A stretch of 64,000 bases of DNA from Patescibacteria group bacterium (GTDB lineage: Bacteria > Patescibacteriota > Patescibacteriia > UBA1558 > GWA2-36-10), in contig JBAYIR010000004.1 of assembly GCA_041665505.1 (NCBI GenBank), positions 6,797 to 70,796 on the forward strand, in the 5' to 3' direction. The first letter of the stretch is position 1. Every line of letters begins with the position of its first letter. The position numbers and the translations under genes were made by a program. Below are positions 59,724 to 64,000 of this stretch, piece after piece. The notes below the pieces were generated by a model. That model saw nothing but the letters and a program-made list of their open reading frames with translations, was not told where the DNA came from and did no database searches.

Positions 59724-61373
59724 TTATTCTATTGTTTCCTCGCTACTCGTAGCTGTAGGACTAGAACTACTGGCTGTAGAACTAGTCAGTAGCATTGGAT
59801 CGATGGTAGTAATTATTTCTATTGTTTCGTCTATTATTTGATCTTGACCTAAAATTATTAGAAAATCTATCTTTTCTAAATCACCCTCTTCATTTTTTAT
59901 TCCCCATTTTGAGGCTACTATTGAGCTGGAATAGTCTAGGGGGATATCTTTTTTGATGGTGGTAAGGAAAATATTTTCTAAGGAAGTTTTGGTCTTAGGG
60001 TTTTGGTCAGTATAATCATATATAACAGTGCTAATCTTATCTTGAATTTCAGCATTACCATATCTGATTATATTATACCCTATTTGGTCTAAATAATTAA
60101 CTGCCTTGAGGGCTAGACCAGGGACAGCTGTGCCGTTTTGTATGACAATCTTAGCGTTTTCTTCACTAGCTTTTTGTAAATTAAAGATATTGGCTACTAG
60201 TAGTTTAATTTGATTATAGTTTCCAGCCACTGGTTGGAGAATATAAGCACCGTCTACAGAAATACCAGATTTGAGATAACCACCAGCTCTATCATCAATA
60301 GATTGGGCAATTATTTTTTGGGTATCTAACTCTTTGCTCAGATGTACCAGTTTGACGGCTTCCCATGGTTCGACATCTGTCTTGGTATATTTATTAAATA
60401 ATGAAAAAAGGCTGGTGATTTTAGCAGGGTTTATCAAAGTATTAAAAGAGGTGAGTTTTTCTTTGGCGGCGACTATTATTTTTTGCTGTCTTTTGATACG
60501 AGCAAAATCAGAACCTTCACCGTTGTTGCCATGGCGAGAGCGAGCATAGTCAAGGGCTGTCGAACCATCCATAGTTTGTTTACCAGCTTCAAAGGATACG
60601 GCCTTCCATTTGTCATTATAAGTCGGGAATTGGTTATCGGTAAAGGATTTTTCTACATCTATATCAACACCATCTATAGAATCTATCATTTCTACAAAGC
60701 CATTAAAATCTACGGCGGCAAAATAATGGATAGGTATGTCAAAAGTATCACTAATTACTTTTTTTACTAGTTCTCCACCACCAACACCATTGTTTTGCCC
60801 GATAGTGTAAACAGAGTTGATTTTACGGTAGTTATAACCATCAATTGGTACTATCATATCTCTGGGTAGAGAAAATACAGCTGCTTCTCTGGTCGATGGT
60901 TTGAAGCTAGCAATCATAATAGTATCTGTTAGATATGGGCCGTCATGTCCAGGCCCACCCATACCCATTAGGACAAAATTTATCCGATCTTCTTTTTCAC
61001 CATCTAAATATTTTTCTTTATTAGATATAATATGAGTTATTTGTCTAACTAGATAAGAATTTTTAACCCCAGATAAAAAACCATTATTGTCTGCCGATAG
61101 TATATTGGCTAAAATAAAAAATAGTATTATCAATATTATAAAAAACAAGGGGAGTTTTTTCTTCCCTCTAGTTTGTTTGGAATTAGCTTTTATTTCTTGT
61201 TTAGAGTCTTGTTTGTATTTGTTTTTGTCAGCCTGTTCGTCAGTTTCTATAGGTGGCTTAGCAGAAGCATAATTCAAATTTTCGTCTAAAAGGTTTATTT
61301 TACGTTTATTAAAATCCATTTTTTTACATTCATAAAGTGTATCAATTATACTAATAAAAGAACTATTAGTCAA
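59724..61373 (-). CDS. LytR-CpsA-Psr (LCP) family cell-envelope phosphotransferase
   Basis: N-terminal TM; core RINFVLMGMGG...LTDTIMIASF...VFSLPRDM typical of the LCP domain. Confidence 0.7.
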   Translation of the reverse strand: MTNSSFISIIDTLYECKKMDFNKRKINLLDENLNYASAKPPIETDEQADKNKYKQDSKQEIKANSKQTRGKKKLPLFFIILIILFFILANILSADNNGFLSGVKNSYLVRQITHIISNKEKYLDGEKEDRINFVLMGMGGPGHDGPYLTDTIMIASFKPSTREAAVFSLPRDMIVPIDGYNYRKINSVYTIGQNNGVGGGELVKKVISDTFDIPIHYFAAVDFNGFVEMIDSIDGVDIDVEKSFTDNQFPTYNDKWKAVSFEAGKQTMDGSTALDYARSRHGNNGEGSDFARIKRQQKIIVAAKEKLTSFNTLINPAKITSLFSLFNKYTKTDVEPWEAVKLVHLSKELDTQKIIAQSIDDRAGGYLKSGISVDGAYILQPVAGNYNQIKLLVANIFNLQKASEENAKIVIQNGTAVPGLALKAVNYLDQIGYNIIRYGNAEIQDKISTVIYDYTDQNPKTKTSLENIFLTTIKKDIPLDYSSSIVASKWGIKNEEGDLEKIDFLIILGQDQIIDETIEIITTIDPMLLTSSTASSSSPTATSSEETIE

Positions 61374-61481
61374 CCATCTATTTTTCTTTTAGCCCATAAT
61401 TTATAGGGCTTTATGTAGTTGATTTTAATTTTGGCATTGTGTATAATAATCCTATAAATTATATAATTTTTTACATTTTTT

Positions 61482-62132
61482 ATGAAAAAAGATAAAAATA
61501 TTAATTCAGATGATTTGTCACCAGAAAGGAGTGATATGGATATGAGTAATTTTTCAGAGGACGATGAAGATAGTTTAGTTTTTTCTTGGTTGAAAAAATT
61601 TGGTATTTTAATTTTTGAAATAGTCAAAGTAGTTTTGATTTCTCTGGCTATTATTTTGCCAATTAGATTATTTCTAGTGCAGCCTTTTTATGTGGAAGGG
61701 GCATCAATGGAGCCAAACTTTTATCAGAATGAATATTTGATTATAGATGAGATATCCTATCGTTTTAATGCTAAAGAGAGAGGTGAGGTTATTATCTTTA
61801 AAAATCCTAAAGACACCAAGTCTTATTTTATAAAAAGAATTATTGGGCTCCCAGGCGAGACAGTCTCTGTAGAGAATGGCAAGGTTTTTGTTGGTGGCGA
61901 ACAACTTGATGAGCCTTATATAGAAAATTTTTCATCTGATACGCATCTGGCTGTTACTTTAGGTGAAAATGAATATTTTGTAATGGGTGATAATAGAACT
62001 AATAGTTTAGACTCCAGACAATTAGGACCAATTCATAAAGATTACATTATTGGACGAGTTTGGATTAGAGGTTGGCCGATAGATAGAATTAATACTTTCA
62101 ATGTTCCAGAGTATAAAAAAATTAGTCAGTAA
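61482..62132 (+). CDS. lepB: signal peptidase I
   Basis: Box B GASMEPNF, box D GDNRTNSLDSR, box E RVWIRGWP. Confidence 0.8.
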   Translation: MKKDKNINSDDLSPERSDMDMSNFSEDDEDSLVFSWLKKFGILIFEIVKVVLISLAIILPIRLFLVQPFYVEGASMEPNFYQNEYLIIDEISYRFNAKERGEVIIFKNPKDTKSYFIKRIIGLPGETVSVENGKVFVGGEQLDEPYIENFSSDTHLAVTLGENEYFVMGDNRTNSLDSRQLGPIHKDYIIGRVWIRGWPIDRINTFNVPEYKKISQ

Positions 62133-62163
62133 AGTTTTAGGAGTTAATAAATAATTAAGATAT

Positions 62164-63483
62164 ATGGCAGTTAAAAAGAAAAAAGTCAAAATGCAATTGG
62201 TTAAAGGCATGAAAGATATTTTGCCAGATGAACAGCTTTATTGGAATTTGATTAGAAAAAAGGTAGAAAATTTTGCTAGAAATTACGGATTTTCTCGTAT
62301 TGATACGCCGATAGTAGAATTTACTAGTTTATTTAAGCGTACAGTCGGAGAAGATACTGATGTGGTGAGTAAAGAGATGTATTCATTTGTCAGCCCTGGT
62401 GGCGACAAATTATCTCTCCGTCCGGAAAATACCGCCTCTGTAGTCAGAGCTTATATAGAGCATGGTATGCTCAACTTACCTCAGCCAGTAAAACTTTTTT
62501 ATATTGGACCGCAATTTCGTCATGATAATCCTCAGGCCGGACGTTATAGGCAGTTTTGGCAATTTGGTTTTGAGGCCATTGGTGATGATGATCCAGTGAT
62601 TGATGCTCAACTGATTGCTATTTCTTATTATATTCTCAAAGAATTAGGTTTAGATATTGAAATTCAGGTCAACAGTGTTGGAGATAGTGATTCCAGAGCA
62701 GAATATATCAAGGTGCTTAAAAAATATTATCAAGATAAGAAAAAATTACTTTGTAAAGATTGCAACTTAAGATTAAATAAAAATACCTTACGTTTGTTGG
62801 ATTGTAAAAGCAAAAAATGCCAAGAGTTAGCTGAAGAGGCTCCACAAATAGTTGATTATTTGTCAGAAGGAGGCAAGGAGCATTTTATGGCGGTGTTGGA
62901 ATATTTGGATAGTTTGGATATTAAGTATAGTCTCAATCCTAGAATAGTCAGAGGTTTAGATTATTATACTCGGACCGCTTGGGAAATATTTGAGTGCTCT
63001 TCTAAAGATGGTAAACTTAATGCCTTGGGTGGCGGTGGACGCTATGATGATTTGGTAGATGCCTTGGGTGGCCGACCTACTCCAGCTATTGGTTTTGCTA
63101 TTGGGGTAGAGAGAGTAATTATGAAAATGCAAGAAGCTAAAGTAGAGCTTAATAAAAATAAAGGTTTTGATATTTATGTTGCTCAGCTAGGTAATGAAGC
63201 TCGTAAGAAAGCTATCAGTCTTTTTGAAGAGCTTAGATCACAAGGATTTTCTGTAACCGAGAATATGTCTAAGAAAGGTTTGAAAGATCAATTGGAGGCT
63301 GCTGATAAAAAAAATGCTAAATATACTTTGATTATGGGGCAAAAGGAAATATCTGACGATACCATATTGATTAGGGATATGGAGAGTGGTGTTCAGGAAA
63401 TTGTGGACTACAGAAAGATAAAAATGGAAATTAGAAAAAGACTAGATAAGAATATTGCTAAAAATTTAAAGCTTAAAAAATAA
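62164..63483 (+). CDS. hisS: histidyl-tRNA synthetase
   Basis: Class II motifs LRPENTASVVRAY, FRHDNPQAGRYRQFWQ, GGGRYDDL. Confidence 0.85.
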   Translation: MAVKKKKVKMQLVKGMKDILPDEQLYWNLIRKKVENFARNYGFSRIDTPIVEFTSLFKRTVGEDTDVVSKEMYSFVSPGGDKLSLRPENTASVVRAYIEHGMLNLPQPVKLFYIGPQFRHDNPQAGRYRQFWQFGFEAIGDDDPVIDAQLIAISYYILKELGLDIEIQVNSVGDSDSRAEYIKVLKKYYQDKKKLLCKDCNLRLNKNTLRLLDCKSKKCQELAEEAPQIVDYLSEGGKEHFMAVLEYLDSLDIKYSLNPRIVRGLDYYTRTAWEIFECSSKDGKLNALGGGGRYDDLVDALGGRPTPAIGFAIGVERVIMKMQEAKVELNKNKGFDIYVAQLGNEARKKAISLFEELRSQGFSVTENMSKKGLKDQLEAADKKNAKYTLIMGQKEISDDTILIRDMESGVQEIVDYRKIKMEIRKRLDKNIAKNLKLKK

Positions 63484-63620
63484 TCCCCTAACTGGGGATA
63501 TTTTTTTTGTTGACTTTTAGTTAAAAATCTGTCATTATAATTACGAGAATAATAGCTAAAAGCAATTATTCTTTTGACACTTTATAGGGAATTTAATTAA
63601 CAAGAAACGGAGGTGATTTT

Positions 63621-63866
63621 GTGCTAGAAGTTAAGCGTAAAGATGGAGAATCGTTTGAAAGCTTAATTCGAAGATTTACCAGAAAAACAATCCAAAGCGG
63701 CAAAATTTTGCAGGCTAAAAAAATTAGATTTTTTACTAAAGAGAAGAGTAAAAAAGCACTAAGAGATACAGCCTTACGTCGTAAAACTATTACAGCTCGT
63801 TTTGATTATTTGAAAAAAATAGGTAAATTAGACGATTTTGAATCAAGTCATGCCAAAAGGCGATAA
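63621..63866 (+). CDS. rpsU: 30S ribosomal protein S21
   Basis: Basic 81-aa protein VKRKDGESFESLIRRFTRKTIQSGKI; S21-like. Confidence 0.65.
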   Translation: MLEVKRKDGESFESLIRRFTRKTIQSGKILQAKKIRFFTKEKSKKALRDTALRRKTITARFDYLKKIGKLDDFESSHAKRR

Positions 63867-63892
63867 TTTTTTATTTTTTAGATATTTGTTAG

Positions 63893-64000
63893 ATGTCTTT
63901 AGAAAAAGAGATAGAAAAAAATTATATTGAAGCTTTTAAAGCTAAAAAAGAAATAGAAGTATCCACTTTGAGGATGCTTCGGAGTGCTCTGAAAAACTTG
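63893..64000 (+). CDS. GatB/YqeY-domain protein (5' fragment, runs off the window)
   Basis: MSLEKEIEKNYIEAFKAKKEIEVSTLRMLRSALKNL matches the YqeY N-terminus. Confidence 0.5.
   Translation, partial: MSLEKEIEKNYIEAFKAKKEIEVSTLRMLRSALKNL

Overview
This is an AT-rich window (roughly one-third GC by eye) with tightly packed genes, mostly on the + strand. Few native genes have a Shine-Dalgarno sequence, and there are no tRNA, rRNA or CRISPR loci. The content looks like a reduced, CPR/Patescibacteria-like bacterium. Recognisable housekeeping genes are ileS (type 2), recO, tgt, glyQS, metG, pheS/pheT, hisS, gyrB, rsmI, tatD, rmuC, secE-nusG-rplK-rplA, pepA, pth, der, lepB and rpsU, plus an LCP-family gene. 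A complete F1Fo ATP synthase operon (atpZ-B-E-F-H-A-G-D-C, 24.3-31.4 kb) runs without any visible terminator into seven more genes (31.4-39.2 kb). Six of them form a complex-I / group-4 [NiFe]-hydrogenase-like ('Ehr-like') membrane module in which every redox-cofactor ligand I can inspect is missing. The NuoB-like subunit contains no cysteine at all. The NuoC-NuoD fusion lacks both NiFe CxxC motifs. No NuoI/HycF ferredoxin subunit is present. Four sharply GC-rich islands (about 0.4-0.65 kb each, near 23.6, 39.4, 43.4 and 55.6 kb) interrupt the backbone. Each carries small ORFs with canonical AGGAGG-type Shine-Dalgarno sites and its own strong hairpin terminator. Other notable content: two tandem paralogous type-IV-pilin-like genes with Myxococcus-type cysteine-rich repeat C-termini; a ClpA/ClpC-like AAA+ protein with an extra N-terminal zinc finger, two TM helices and a degenerate D1 ATPase site; a UvrD-family helicase fused to a Cas4/RecB-like 4-Cys nuclease domain; an identical 59-bp leader element repeated before rplK and rplA; and a highly structured GC-rich intergenic RNA between atpB and atpE.
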